Positions 45,188 through 55,823 of a stretch of DNA of 64,000 bases are shown piece after piece; the first letter of the stretch is position 1; each line of letters begins with the position of its first letter. The notes beneath the pieces were generated by a model that worked only from the letters and a program-made list of their open reading frames with translations, was not told the DNA's origin and made no database searches. The DNA comes from a virus. Taxonomy: Duplodnaviria > Caudoviricetes. Position numbers and translations under genes: made by a program. Location of the stretch: the IMG/VR virus record IMGVR_UViG_3300038443_002533, positions 128,001 to 192,000 of that record. One strand, 5' to 3'.

Positions 45188-45688
45188 ATGAGCGACGAGC
45201 AAATCAAGAAGGAAGCGAAAAAGCTCGCTGACGCGAGCGACAACATGATGAATGTGGTCGCCAAAGCGATCCGCTTCGCACTGCAACATCAGCACAAAGA
45301 GATCAACATCAGTCTGGGCTTTTCACCGGAGATGGTTCCGCGCTCGTCCAAAGGTGTGCTGTCTGATAAACCGTTTGCGGCTGACGATTATACCACACAA
45401 GGCATGTGCTTGCTGGTGGTCAAGACCAACCCCGGCGCTGTCTTGACCGACGACATGCAAAAGCTCGTGTACGAGATGGAATCGCGCCGGGTGTCGATCG
45501 GGTCGCTGCAAGACAACGCTGATGTGTTCCCGGTGATCTTCTCAGTCAAGCATGGTGAAGATCTGGAAGAACTGGAACACCGAGACTATTGCCTGTTCAT
45601 GCGCAATGATCCGGAAGATCTGGCCGTCGTGGAATGCGGTCGTCACATTGCACAATTCCTCCGCAGCGGAACTCTGCCGCAAAGCTAA
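45188..45688 (+). CDS. hypothetical protein
   Basis: A/C-rich leader and SD AAGGA. Confidence 0.7.
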   Translation: MSDEQIKKEAKKLADASDNMMNVVAKAIRFALQHQHKEINISLGFSPEMVPRSSKGVLSDKPFAADDYTTQGMCLLVVKTNPGAVLTDDMQKLVYEMESRRVSIGSLQDNADVFPVIFSVKHGEDLEELEHRDYCLFMRNDPEDLAVVECGRHIAQFLRSGTLPQS

Positions 45689-46505
45689 ATCGCATCTATA
45701 ACTAACAACAAGGATATCAACATGATTCACCATCAATACGACCCGCTCGTTCTGTTCTCGGAAATGCCGAGCACCCAACCCACCGTCACGGTAACGGAAG
45801 CACCGGCGGTGGTCCAGAAACCAGCACCGATTCTGCCCTACCATGTCTTCGAGATCGATGGTCATCCGTTCGCCACGATCTACAAGAACGCGGACGACTA
45901 CAAAGACGCCCCAGATCTCGGGCACTGCTAAGGAGAGCATCATGAACTTGCAAGAAGCTATCCAGGATGTGTGCCTGCGCAAACCCATCGCGGCCCCTTT
46001 CTTTGTGCCGGTCCATCAGGAAGCGTTGACGAAACAACATCTCGCGAAGACACGGACCAGCGCTCTACTTCGGCTGAGCCCTGAGGCACGGGAAATTTTG
46101 ATCAAGTCCAATCCGGTCTCACAAGAGGCTCTTCGAGACGTGGTGTCCGCGCTGCGTAATTTGTCCAACTCGCTCAAGTGTACTTTCGTCACGGCTAAAG
46201 CGCCTGTGCTTGAACCACTTACGGAAGAGAAGATGAAACAAATTCTCGACAACACGCACGTCATCGGCTTTGACCTTAGTGGAAACGCGAGTGATGTGAC
46301 CACCGTTTTCGATATGCAGGTTCCGAGGGATCAAGCGATTTTCACCGACAGCGATAAGTTCCTGACGGTTCAGCGCGGTAAGCGTCGTCGTGGTCAATCG
46401 GAATCGTTTCAATTCCACGCTGTTTTTGACGAGAACAGTACTGTCCACATCGATGAAGTCAAAGAGCTTCCACCACCCAAACCCGAAGATCAATAAGGAA
46501 CCCGT

Positions 46506-46919
46506 ATGTACAATCTCAGAAAAGACAAAGGTTTGCTGTACGGCGAGAATGTGTTTAACATCTTGGTCACTGCACCGGGTTACGAACATGGTGATGATGA
46601 CCGCACCATCGAAATCATGGCGCGTGCTGCGACATTGGGCGGTTTTTCCGCTTATCGGTTTGAAATCGATAACTTTAAATCGGACGTGTATGCGTGGATA
46701 AAATGCAACTACGTGACCGATGGTATCGACGTTGTTCTCGGTACGGGCGAAACCACCGTGTACGATGATAAGCGTGGTCGCGTACCGCTCGATACCGCAA
46801 TCGTGATCGAATTGCACGGCGACGAATTTCACCAAGCCGCCAAAGCCGTGTATCAGTTTCTCGTCCATGGCAATACGGATTTGCGGCACACGCATCGCCA
46901 ACCTTACCAGCGTTATTAA
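46506..46919 (+). CDS. hypothetical protein
   Basis: SD AAGGA. Confidence 0.7.
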   Translation: MYNLRKDKGLLYGENVFNILVTAPGYEHGDDDRTIEIMARAATLGGFSAYRFEIDNFKSDVYAWIKCNYVTDGIDVVLGTGETTVYDDKRGRVPLDTAIVIELHGDEFHQAAKAVYQFLVHGNTDLRHTHRQPYQRY

Positions 46920-46950
46920 CACCACCTCAACCACAAGAAAGGATATCACC

Positions 46951-48162
46951 ATGAACAATAAAGACAACAAGGTCGTGCCTATCCGGCCTGGTGTGGAAAT
47001 CAAAAGGCCAACCGACACGACCGTTCGCTCGCTCGGGGAAGCGGAAGTCAATCTTCCTCCCACCACGCTTCGCTCCTATGCCGGGGTCGAACAAATGATG
47101 CAACAGACTTTGGAAAAACAGCATTTCGGTATCCTAAGTCATCTGAATCAACGGCAGCGCACTGAAGGGCCGCCGAAGAATGACGATTTCGATCCACTGG
47201 CATGGCAGCATCTGCTTAACGTCGAACACCTGACCGATAAGCCTGACCGCTTCCGTCCGACACAAACGCCACCCGAGAAACGTAATAAAATTCGCAACGC
47301 ATGCGTTTCCGGCCACTTCCCGGGTGAAGAAAAGAAATGCCCGCTCTGCCAGCGAGCGCGGTTCAATACCCTGGTGACCGGTTATTACATAGACAAACCC
47401 GGCCTGCCGCAGCTGCGTGAAACGATCATGCGCATGATCGGCGAAGGTCGGTATGATTCCGAGGATTACCGGTTCATCATGGACTACTTGGGTTTGCCGC
47501 ACAACATCGATCTGGATGGATTGAAAAAGTTCTACAACAAAATCCACAAGATCGAAACGATGTCTCGTTGGGCCAACAGCGCTCGCGATGGTCTGTTCTT
47601 TATCAGACACCCACTACTGGGTGAAATGGTGCCTCTGGCGTCCCCGTATTACGCTGGATCCGGACTGGTGGCTTCGCTCATCCAGATCGATGAGCAACTC
47701 CGCGAGATCTATAAGGAGGCAGCCACAATCAACTACGAAACCTCGTGGGCCGCCCTCGACCCGTTGGGTAAACTGCCTGACAATAAAGGCATGTCCGCAT
47801 CCAAGGTGAGTCTCGACATCGAAGCCGATCCGTTATCGGGGAAAGGGCCAGCCATCGTGTACCACACCATCGGCGGCGATGCCGAGCATCTTTACGCTGC
47901 CGCAAAGCGTAATCGTCCGTCCGTCGCCACCGGTATGGATAGAACCACGGTTCTTATCGAACCCGGTAATCCATTTGGTGCGATTATCGGTGGTCGGCAA
48001 GAGCGTCGCCGCCTCGAAATGTTTCATAAGCTGAACACGGGTTACAAACTCAAACGTGCGGATGGTCCTAAGAAGCGCGGCGTTAAGAACACCGATCAGC
48101 TCGTCAAGGATATCAAACCGCATCCGCTGCTCAAACACCTCATCAAGAAAACGGAGAAATAA
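46951..48162 (+). CDS. hypothetical protein (C..GH...CPLC zinc motif)
   Basis: Start ATG 46951 after SD AAGGA. Confidence 0.75.
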   Translation: MNNKDNKVVPIRPGVEIKRPTDTTVRSLGEAEVNLPPTTLRSYAGVEQMMQQTLEKQHFGILSHLNQRQRTEGPPKNDDFDPLAWQHLLNVEHLTDKPDRFRPTQTPPEKRNKIRNACVSGHFPGEEKKCPLCQRARFNTLVTGYYIDKPGLPQLRETIMRMIGEGRYDSEDYRFIMDYLGLPHNIDLDGLKKFYNKIHKIETMSRWANSARDGLFFIRHPLLGEMVPLASPYYAGSGLVASLIQIDEQLREIYKEAATINYETSWAALDPLGKLPDNKGMSASKVSLDIEADPLSGKGPAIVYHTIGGDAEHLYAAAKRNRPSVATGMDRTTVLIEPGNPFGAIIGGRQERRRLEMFHKLNTGYKLKRADGPKKRGVKNTDQLVKDIKPHPLLKHLIKKTEK

Positions 48163-48350
48163 TGATTCGTGAGTACACGGTCGTGAAAGATCACGATCTT
48201 GAAAATTTTGTCAAGGAAGTCAACCGCTTGATCCAGGTGGGTTGGCAGCCGCTGGGGAGTATGTCGGTTACGTCGTACGAGGTCCGTGATATTTTCACCC
48301 CGTCCAATTCCGCGATCGAAATGATGCACATGCAGGCCATGGTGAAGTAA
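48162..48350 (+). CDS. DUF1737-like protein copy 1
   Basis: Y.VV...LE.F..EVN.LI..GWQPLG. Confidence 0.75.
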   Translation: MIREYTVVKDHDLENFVKEVNRLIQVGWQPLGSMSVTSYEVRDIFTPSNSAIEMMHMQAMVK

Positions 48351-48520
48351 TGGTCACGTTCAAAATCATCGAAGGGATTAGCGCGGTGGTCCTGGAGCGG
48401 CTGGTGAACGCGAAATTGAATATGGGCTGGAAGCTCCACGGAGGCGTGGTGGTACAAAACGATAAGTTTTACCAAGCCCTCACCATCACCCACCGTAAAA
48501 CTGTCAAAATCCCCAAGTAA
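48350..48520 (+). CDS. DUF1737-like protein copy 2 (56 aa, not in ORF track)
   Basis: Manual translation MVTFKIIEGISAVVLERLVNAKLNMGWKLHGGVVVQNDKFYQALT... Confidence 0.7.
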   Translation: MVTFKIIEGISAVVLERLVNAKLNMGWKLHGGVVVQNDKFYQALTITHRKTVKIPK

Positions 48521-48805
48521 ACGGAGATCAACTATGTCACCAGGATCAAATGAATTGAATCAACTCGATATCGCCAATCGCTGCACGCTAGTCGCAGCCA
48601 AGTTGGTCGACGAGTTGTTTGCAGGGCGTGACCCGCGTATGCCCGCGGCGCTGAACAAGAATGAGCTGATGACGGTGCTGAAAGTGGCCGCCCTCAATGG
48701 CTATGAGTTAGGCCTGAATGACGGATTCGCGACATCGGACCAGACGTTGAATCAGTCGTTCTTCCAACGCTTATTCGGCGCCTTCGCTAAACAAAAAGGT
48801 TAACA

Positions 48806-49267
48806 ATGAGCGCAGAAGTCCAGGATGATTTGGATAGCCGTGTTAGCGACTACATGGTTGTAACCGAATACGATCGAGATCGTCTCAACAAAGAAGTTAA
48901 TTCCCTGGTTCAGAAGGGATGGCAACCGTTGGGCGGAATTAGCGTGTCGCCTTATGTGTACACGCAAGGTGGCGAGACCTGTCACGATACGTGCTTCGCT
49001 CAAGCGATGGTGAAAACGCTGTTTACCAAATATACCGAATCAATGAAGTCCCGAGTGGACGCATTGTACCGGCTTATTGCATTAGCGGACCAGCTGAACG
49101 AAAGCGAAATCAACAGCTTGGATCTCAGCTTACGTGATCATCTGGTACAGCATTATCTTCGCGCCGGAGTATCGGCAAGAGAACTGGCGCCACGCTTTGG
49201 TTTAACCGAGGGCCGGATATCGCAGATTAGGAAAAGTGGGCATTTGAAAAGGGAGAAACATGGCTAA
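48806..49267 (+). CDS. DUF1737-like domain fused to C-terminal HTH
   Basis: EVNSLVQKGWQPLGG...FAQAMVK; C-terminal SARELAPRFGLTEGRISQI. Confidence 0.75.
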   Translation: MSAEVQDDLDSRVSDYMVVTEYDRDRLNKEVNSLVQKGWQPLGGISVSPYVYTQGGETCHDTCFAQAMVKTLFTKYTESMKSRVDALYRLIALADQLNESEINSLDLSLRDHLVQHYLRAGVSARELAPRFGLTEGRISQIRKSGHLKREKHG

Positions 49268-49586
49268 GAAAGAAGTGGGTCCGGGCGTGGTGTGCCGGAT
49301 CATCGGTTCTTCGGTAGGACCGAAAGGCAGTTCGATCGGGAAAATCGTGCGGGTGCTGGGGTTGACTGATCCGCCTATCCACGCGCTGTGGGGAGATATG
49401 TGGGACGTAGAAGCGATCGATGGCTCGATGTTCGAAGTCAAGATCACTTCGCCGGACTTGACCACAACGCACATCCAACAAAGCCGTGGTTGCGTATGTG
49501 CTACGGACTGGCTCGATCCGCTCGATGAAGATCCGACGGCACCGAAAGCCGACGCGACGGAACGCGAACGTGATCTGGTGAACTGA
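49260..49586 (+). CDS. small SH3-like hypothetical protein
   Basis: G..CRII...N/IGKIV.V...WL.PL pattern common in phage. Confidence 0.6.
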   Translation: MAKKEVGPGVVCRIIGSSVGPKGSSIGKIVRVLGLTDPPIHALWGDMWDVEAIDGSMFEVKITSPDLTTTHIQQSRGCVCATDWLDPLDEDPTAPKADATERERDLVN

Positions 49587-49826
49587 TGCGTCGAATGCCG
49601 ATGCCGCGCTTCGTACCGCAGGGGGATGAGTTTCCCCCTCCAACGGGGTATTGTCACAGCAGTATGTGGACGGCGCGCTTTACCTGGCTCGATCCTGTCC
49701 ATACAACCAACCAGTTAGACGACCAAGACCCAACAACAAAAACGAGATGTCAACCAGGGCCATCCGCGTAAAGGTGAGACGTTGCACGATATCGCCTATC
49801 GATAACTGAGCTTTTTAAAGGAGGCG

Positions 49827-50291
49827 ATGATGCCACTACCTGTCGTCGAACAGCACCACCAAAGCATCTTGATGGATCTGGTCATGATCCTGCGAGAGCA
49901 ACCCTGTGAACTCGGGTTGCTCAAGGTAGTGAATGAACCGTTTTTGATACCGACTTGGGCATCAATGGCCTCGCCCCGCCACGCTTCGGTGGAACGGGAT
50001 TATCGCCGCTACATGCTGTATGGGTGCGACATCGTCCTCCAGCCCATCATCGATTCGATTGGGGTGAAAGAAGTCGTTGAGTTCCTCCGTTCACGGCGTG
50101 TCTCGCTCAGTCCGCTGGAAGACAACTTCGATTTCCATGTGCATTTCTTTCATGACCATGGTCGGTTGTCGTTCAGCGACGAGTTCATCACGTATCACTA
50201 CGTTCCCGATCAACGGGAGAAAGTATCCAACCGCGTAGCGGAAGTCGTCGCCCAGTTTCTGTTGTTTGGTCGAGTCCCCATGATTACATAA
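49827..50291 (+). CDS. hypothetical protein
   Basis: SD GGAGG. Confidence 0.65.
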   Translation: MMPLPVVEQHHQSILMDLVMILREQPCELGLLKVVNEPFLIPTWASMASPRHASVERDYRRYMLYGCDIVLQPIIDSIGVKEVVEFLRSRRVSLSPLEDNFDFHVHFFHDHGRLSFSDEFITYHYVPDQREKVSNRVAEVVAQFLLFGRVPMIT

Positions 50292-50307
50292 AAAGAAAGG
50301 TATTGCT

Positions 50308-50679
50308 GTGGTAACTGTCCGTAAAGCTCCGTTGATGAAAGTGCGCGCTGGAGATTCCAGCCTCCAAACTTCCTTCAAAACCACCGCCACCATTCCCGCC
50401 ACCTTAGCGGCGTTGCGCGAGTACATGCAAAAGCATGCTGGCGATAAGCCGTTCAGTGAAAACGAACTGCATTCGCTGCGGTTCCGTCACCGCACCTGCG
50501 GTCAACAGGAAAACGATCAACGCGTCGAAGACGTGGAACACTGGCGCGGTCCGTGGTGGGTGATGTATGTCACCGATGAACACCGCCGTGAAGGCGAACG
50601 GGTCGCCAAGATTACCAAAAAGAAACCCACTTACCGCCAAACCATCTTCGGGGTGTGTGACCGATTCCCGATCGGTTAA
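50308..50679 (+). CDS. hypothetical protein
   Basis: GTG start after SD AAAGG. Confidence 0.6.
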   Translation: MVTVRKAPLMKVRAGDSSLQTSFKTTATIPATLAALREYMQKHAGDKPFSENELHSLRFRHRTCGQQENDQRVEDVEHWRGPWWVMYVTDEHRREGERVAKITKKKPTYRQTIFGVCDRFPIG

Positions 50680-50716
50680 GCGTAACCACTACAATTAAGA
50701 ATAAGGAAACTAGGAT

Positions 50717-51826
50717 ATGCAACTGAACCACGCCAACCTGCGCGACATTTCGTCCACCCCCTGGTTCGATATGGCGCCCCATCTGCACCGAGAAATCCAA
50801 ACCCTCGACGGACTCAACCGGATCCGAGAACTGCGCCGCAATTACCAATGTAGCGCGTTGCCACGTTTACAATCTCACATACTCGGCGGCCGCTGGCAGG
50901 TCGAGGGCGGGAATTACATGCGCTTCGAACTCAAAGTCCATGGCCAACCGTTCCCGACAGAAGTGAAGGAGTTGTGGGAAAAGATCAAATTCAACAACAC
51001 GGCCCACACCGAATACGAGTTTTATGACTTCTTCCGTCGTTTTCGGCACGATGATCAAACCTGGGCATGGCAACGTAGCATGGGTGGCGGTTACACGATG
51101 CCGTTGGCGGATGTACCCTGCATTCACTGCGGTCAGAAGTGGACCGTAGAAACGTCGCACGACTGTCGTATTCATGAAGCCGGCCGTTTCAACGAAGTCG
51201 AGTATCCGGCCACGCCCGATCTGGTGGGGAAGAAGTTGGCGGAAGTGCGTGAGATCGTCACCCGCACGCCGTCCAACGACGCGAAGCTGACGATGTACAA
51301 ATCGACGGTACTCCGTAGTGATCGCTTCATCGATACCACGCTCGTCGAAAATGAATTTTCCAAAGAAATGGAAGTTCGTAACGCTCAAGGGTATGCTACG
51401 GCCGACTCGTATTACGCTGGCCGAGCAGAATTGGTCGACTGGGATCAGTACGTGGTGCAGGAAGGCGACGTGTTGATCTTCTCGAAAGTTCAGTACATTC
51501 ATCCGGCTTGCGAGGTGGAACGCGTTACCGAAAAAGTCCGTGAAAGTTTGGCCGATGCGTTGACGCAAGCGGGTGTGAAAATTCACGGTAGTGTGCGTAT
51601 CCCGAACGGCTACACCGAAGCGATGTATTCGGGCGCGTGGTTCATTTTCGAAACCAATCTCGGGATGTTCCGTATCGGCTGGCGCCGCCATGTGATCTCC
51701 GTGTTGCGGGTGCAATACGGCGAGACGTCCTACGACGCCACCACGTTTGTCAAGGTACCCGGTTCGCATGACCAGCATTTCGATAGTTACAAAGAACTGA
51801 CCGAGCATTTCAAAACGCTCAAATAG
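50717..51826 (+). CDS. hypothetical protein (369 aa)
   Basis: SD AGGA; C-terminal IPNGY...WF.F.T..G.F.IGWR motif; hairpin-TATG after stop. Confidence 0.8.
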   Translation: MQLNHANLRDISSTPWFDMAPHLHREIQTLDGLNRIRELRRNYQCSALPRLQSHILGGRWQVEGGNYMRFELKVHGQPFPTEVKELWEKIKFNNTAHTEYEFYDFFRRFRHDDQTWAWQRSMGGGYTMPLADVPCIHCGQKWTVETSHDCRIHEAGRFNEVEYPATPDLVGKKLAEVREIVTRTPSNDAKLTMYKSTVLRSDRFIDTTLVENEFSKEMEVRNAQGYATADSYYAGRAELVDWDQYVVQEGDVLIFSKVQYIHPACEVERVTEKVRESLADALTQAGVKIHGSVRIPNGYTEAMYSGAWFIFETNLGMFRIGWRRHVISVLRVQYGETSYDATTFVKVPGSHDQHFDSYKELTEHFKTLK

Positions 51827-52252
51827 ACGGCATAACGGGAGAGCCTACGGGCTCTCCTATTTTTATGTCTCTTTCTTTTTTGGTTTGCTATGACTGCTGA
51901 TGAAGAACTTAAACGGGTGATGGGGCGGATTCGAGCATGGCATAAGAACGAACTCACGCGTTACGCGATGGAGTTGCCAGACTACGAATATGAAATCACC
52001 AAGAAACGTTTCGATGCTTTTTTGAATCGTGCTCGTCGGCATCATCGCGCTCAGGCATTAACCGAGCTGCGGGACATGTTAGGCGAGATTACCTATTTCA
52101 TTTTACCGTGGGAAGCCATTGCCTGGTATGCCCGTCAGAAGAAAAAGACTATGTGAAAATATTGGTTGGCGCTATACGTATAGAAAACACTGGCCCTAGC
52201 GATTTTGAGAGCTATATTACTAGATTGATCGCCCACCCATAAAGGATACCCC

Positions 52253-53005
52253 ATGGCCACCCCAAGCCAACATTTCGAGCTGATTCAAAGCAACGTTTTC
52301 CAAGACATCGCTAAATTGATACCGTCCAGTATCGATACCACGGTGGCCATCAACCGCGATAAACCGCACCACATCGCGTGGCAGTTCACCATGACGCAAG
52401 ATGGCCTCTCGATTCTACGCACCATCACGGTCTCGGAAATTGATCTGAACGACAACTTCACGGTGACGATGGAAGAAGCGTTGAAAGAACCGCACTTCGT
52501 CACCAACACCGATACCTGGACGTATAACGCCGAGCAATTCGACAACATGCAGTACATGTACACCCGGATGCTGAGCTTCGTCTGCGGCCTGATCAAATCG
52601 GAACGGTTTCCCACACCCGAGAACATCGCGAACCTGAGCGAGATCAATCGCTGGTCGGGCAGCTTCCGCGCGACGCTGCACTATGTCAGCGACGAGTTCG
52701 GTGAGTGGTGGAAGATTCGGTTGTTCGATCCGAAAACTCAAGAGATCTACGTCGAGAACCTGCCAACGACCATCGACGGCGCCACGTGCAGCACGATGTA
52801 CCATCTCTACAATACAGCCTTCGAAAAAGGTCGCATTCACGGGATCAACGTCCTGGCTGAACGAATGGCGTCTGAAGAAGCGGGGCGGGCGCTCAACGCG
52901 TCATTGCTACGCGACTACGACATCCGGCCGGCACTGCGTGAATTCGTTCACTGCGGCAATCTCGAACACGCGGTACTGTCCACCCAAAAGTCGAAAAAGA
53001 AATGA
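52253..53005 (+). CDS. hypothetical protein
   Basis: Downstream of a perfect TATATTAC at 52213. Confidence 0.8.
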   Translation: MATPSQHFELIQSNVFQDIAKLIPSSIDTTVAINRDKPHHIAWQFTMTQDGLSILRTITVSEIDLNDNFTVTMEEALKEPHFVTNTDTWTYNAEQFDNMQYMYTRMLSFVCGLIKSERFPTPENIANLSEINRWSGSFRATLHYVSDEFGEWWKIRLFDPKTQEIYVENLPTTIDGATCSTMYHLYNTAFEKGRIHGINVLAERMASEEAGRALNASLLRDYDIRPALREFVHCGNLEHAVLSTQKSKKK

Positions 53006-53466
53006 GCGATAAGAAACTGGAATGGCGGGAAGTGGTCCTGGCTTCCCTGAATGCATTCGAGAGCGATGTTTGCCCCGAACACGTGATGCAGGAAGCCATC
53101 AACGAACTCCGTACCCGCCAGAACAACCGTCCACTGCGCGGTGAACGCCAACCGCCGGCGCCGCGTCGCCGACTGTCTGAAACCAGTCTCGATTACTGTC
53201 GGCGTTACAGTGGCGTAAATCCCGACGAGGTCTCGCACTTGATCGACGTGAACAGTTTACGCCTCGTCAACGGCATGCTCCTCGGGAACTTCATCCCCCA
53301 TGGCCCTCACGCCGAGCACGCCCAGCAAGTCACCGGTAATGGCCTCGGTCAGTTCGGCATGCGTGTGTCGGTGCGTTACAAAGAAGGCAACACCACCCAA
53401 ACCCAAAACCGCACGGTCGAATGGTGCGACATCATTACCTTCGACCTTGTTCTCAACCATAACTAA
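53002..53466 (+). CDS. hypothetical protein
   Basis: ATGA-coupled ORF. Confidence 0.65.
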   Translation: MSDKKLEWREVVLASLNAFESDVCPEHVMQEAINELRTRQNNRPLRGERQPPAPRRRLSETSLDYCRRYSGVNPDEVSHLIDVNSLRLVNGMLLGNFIPHGPHAEHAQQVTGNGLGQFGMRVSVRYKEGNTTQTQNRTVEWCDIITFDLVLNHN

Positions 53467-53477
53467 GAAAGCCATCT

Positions 53478-54245
53478 ATGCAACCCAACCAACTCCCGGG
53501 ACTCCTCAGCGACAAACAGATCAAAGAATTGTGCGCGCCACCCACATTCGCGGTACTTCGTTACGACGACCCTGAATGGGAATATAGCTGGAAAGACTCA
53601 CTCACGTTGGGGCGGCAAGTCAATACCAGCGGTATCAAGGAATTCCGCCATCTCACGAATGAAGAACGCGAGGCATTCAAGCCGATGATCAAGCCATTCT
53701 TCCCGCACCAAATCAAGACGCGCAACGTGGTTCACAGTGCGACCGACGACAGAGCAAGCGACCGCTACGAGACACAGAAGATCGTGTCATATGGCCTCAG
53801 CTCGGCCGGGTATGATGTTCGCCTGGGTCGAAAGTTTAAGATCTTTACCAACATCCGTTCGGCACTGATCGATCCCCTCAACATGTCGGATGACTGCTAT
53901 GTGAATCACGAAGGCGATGACGTTATCATCCCGCCACATAGCTACATTCTGGGCCATACGCCGGAAGTGTTCGATATCCCGCGGGATGTGATGGTGGTTT
54001 GCGTAGGTAAATCCACCTACGCTCGTGCCGGATGCGCGGTCAATGTAACACCCATCGAACCTGGGTTTAAAGGGCAAGTGGTGATCGAGATCGCCAACCA
54101 GACGCCGCTTCCCATGAAGGTGTACGCTGATATGGGAATCGCACAATTCCTTTTCTTTAAGATGAGCGGACCATGCGAAACGTCTTACGCTGACCGCGAC
54201 GGCAAGTATCAAGGTCAAACCGGTATCACGACCGCGCGAGTATAA
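53478..54245 (+). CDS. dcd: dCTP deaminase
   Basis: LSDK.I, SYGLSS.GYD.R, GKSTYAR.G, NVTPIEPGF.G, GIAQ.LF, SY.DR.GKYQGQ.G. Confidence 0.95.
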   Translation: MQPNQLPGLLSDKQIKELCAPPTFAVLRYDDPEWEYSWKDSLTLGRQVNTSGIKEFRHLTNEEREAFKPMIKPFFPHQIKTRNVVHSATDDRASDRYETQKIVSYGLSSAGYDVRLGRKFKIFTNIRSALIDPLNMSDDCYVNHEGDDVIIPPHSYILGHTPEVFDIPRDVMVVCVGKSTYARAGCAVNVTPIEPGFKGQVVIEIANQTPLPMKVYADMGIAQFLFFKMSGPCETSYADRDGKYQGQTGITTARV

Positions 54246-54947
54246 AGTCTGTTCCACCTAAAGTGTAAGAAAACCAGAGAGGCTCTCGCGGGCTTCTCTG
54301 TATCTTTATAACCAACAACACAGGGAATCAACCATGAACGCTCAAACTTTCGTCCAAGCGCCCACTAACGAGGTGGAGAAAAAATCGCGGGAACTTGACG
54401 CGGTCTACCTCGCGAAGCTGCGCAGTTATGCCATTGGCGCAATGTCTTCGTCGTCGGCCGCTAAAGTGGTCTTGGAGTTGACGACGCTCTATCACAAAGC
54501 ACTTCAAGTGCTCGGTCAGAATAGTGACCTGGGGGCAATCAATGCCGCTGTCGGTAAAGTTGCTTATTACCAAATCTCCGACGAACTCAAAGTTCATTTC
54601 ACACCTCAGCCCATCGTGCCGAGAATCTAATTATGAAACTCAAAAAAGGTACGCCGCTAGAGTTCATCACCGCCGTATTAAGCCGCCTCGGTGTCGTTAA
54701 CGAATACAAAGACTACCTGATGGAAGCGTATGAACTCTACGCCGAACAGCGGGATGCGGGTGTTCCGGACAATGAGATCATGGCTCGATTTATCGCAATC
54801 AAGGAGAACGATCCGAAATTTGATAAAACCAAAGAAGCGGTAATGGACTTCCTCAAGAAAAGGCGAGAAGCGAATCAATTTGCCGCTAAAGTCCTGAAAG
54901 AGATTGCCGATAAGGGAAAGAAATAACTAACAATAAAGGATATCACC

Positions 54948-55556
54948 ATGAAAAGCAACGAAATTAGCGCAATGGAAGATCCGGACTATAGCCGCTCGAC
55001 GGAAGGCACTTTCTGGGCCAAAGAAGCAGCGGAAGGAAAGAAACAAACCACGGATCATTTCCGCCACGAAGCTTACTGCGCCGCGGTGGGTGGCGGCGAC
55101 AACGACGATTACTGTAAATGTAGCCGCACCCATATCCGGAAAGAAAACAAACGGCTGGGTCTCCCTACGTCGCTGCCAGATAACACTTGGCGCAAGGCGA
55201 GTACATTGAGTGGTTCGGGCGATCCATACGCTAATGTCTTTCAAATCTACGACAACGTGGATTCGATGGATGCATTGCGAGCCGTCTTTCCAGATGGTGA
55301 AGCCAATCCTGAGGACTGGGTGTTATTTTCGACAAGCGGCACCCATGGCACATATGCCACAATCGAAGACGTCGAAGCTGAAGTCAACGAGAACGGGTTT
55401 AGCTTCGATGGCCTGACGTTCATCATTATCCACCCACGATCCATCTGCATGAAGTATGGCCGGGCGTATCCGGAAACCTCAGACGACTTCGCGTTCTTGA
55501 AACGATTGCGCGAAAGTTCCATTAAAGCCGTATCGGAAATCGGTTACCACAAATGA
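54948..55556 (+). CDS. hypothetical protein (VLFSTSG.HG.Y motif)
   Basis: SD AAGGA; conserved phage motif. Confidence 0.75.
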   Translation: MKSNEISAMEDPDYSRSTEGTFWAKEAAEGKKQTTDHFRHEAYCAAVGGGDNDDYCKCSRTHIRKENKRLGLPTSLPDNTWRKASTLSGSGDPYANVFQIYDNVDSMDALRAVFPDGEANPEDWVLFSTSGTHGTYATIEDVEAEVNENGFSFDGLTFIIIHPRSICMKYGRAYPETSDDFAFLKRLRESSIKAVSEIGYHK

Positions 55557-55823
55557 TCTCACTTAACGACGACTCCGTCAAAGGACGGATCCGGGAGGGT
55601 GCGCTGTGCGGGCTTAGCTATGAACAATTTTACTGGCCGCATGTACCCGAGCATTTACGTCAAGACAACTTCTCAGCCGACAGAGTTTTTGCAATAACCT
55701 CTTTATCGCTTGGTTGCTCGTGCTGGGCAGACGGTTATGGTGGCGGCACCTTTGGTCGTCCAGGCAAATACGGCAATGGCGCCATTCTGGTGTATAACCA
55801 ACGTGACATTATCGAGGTGAAAG

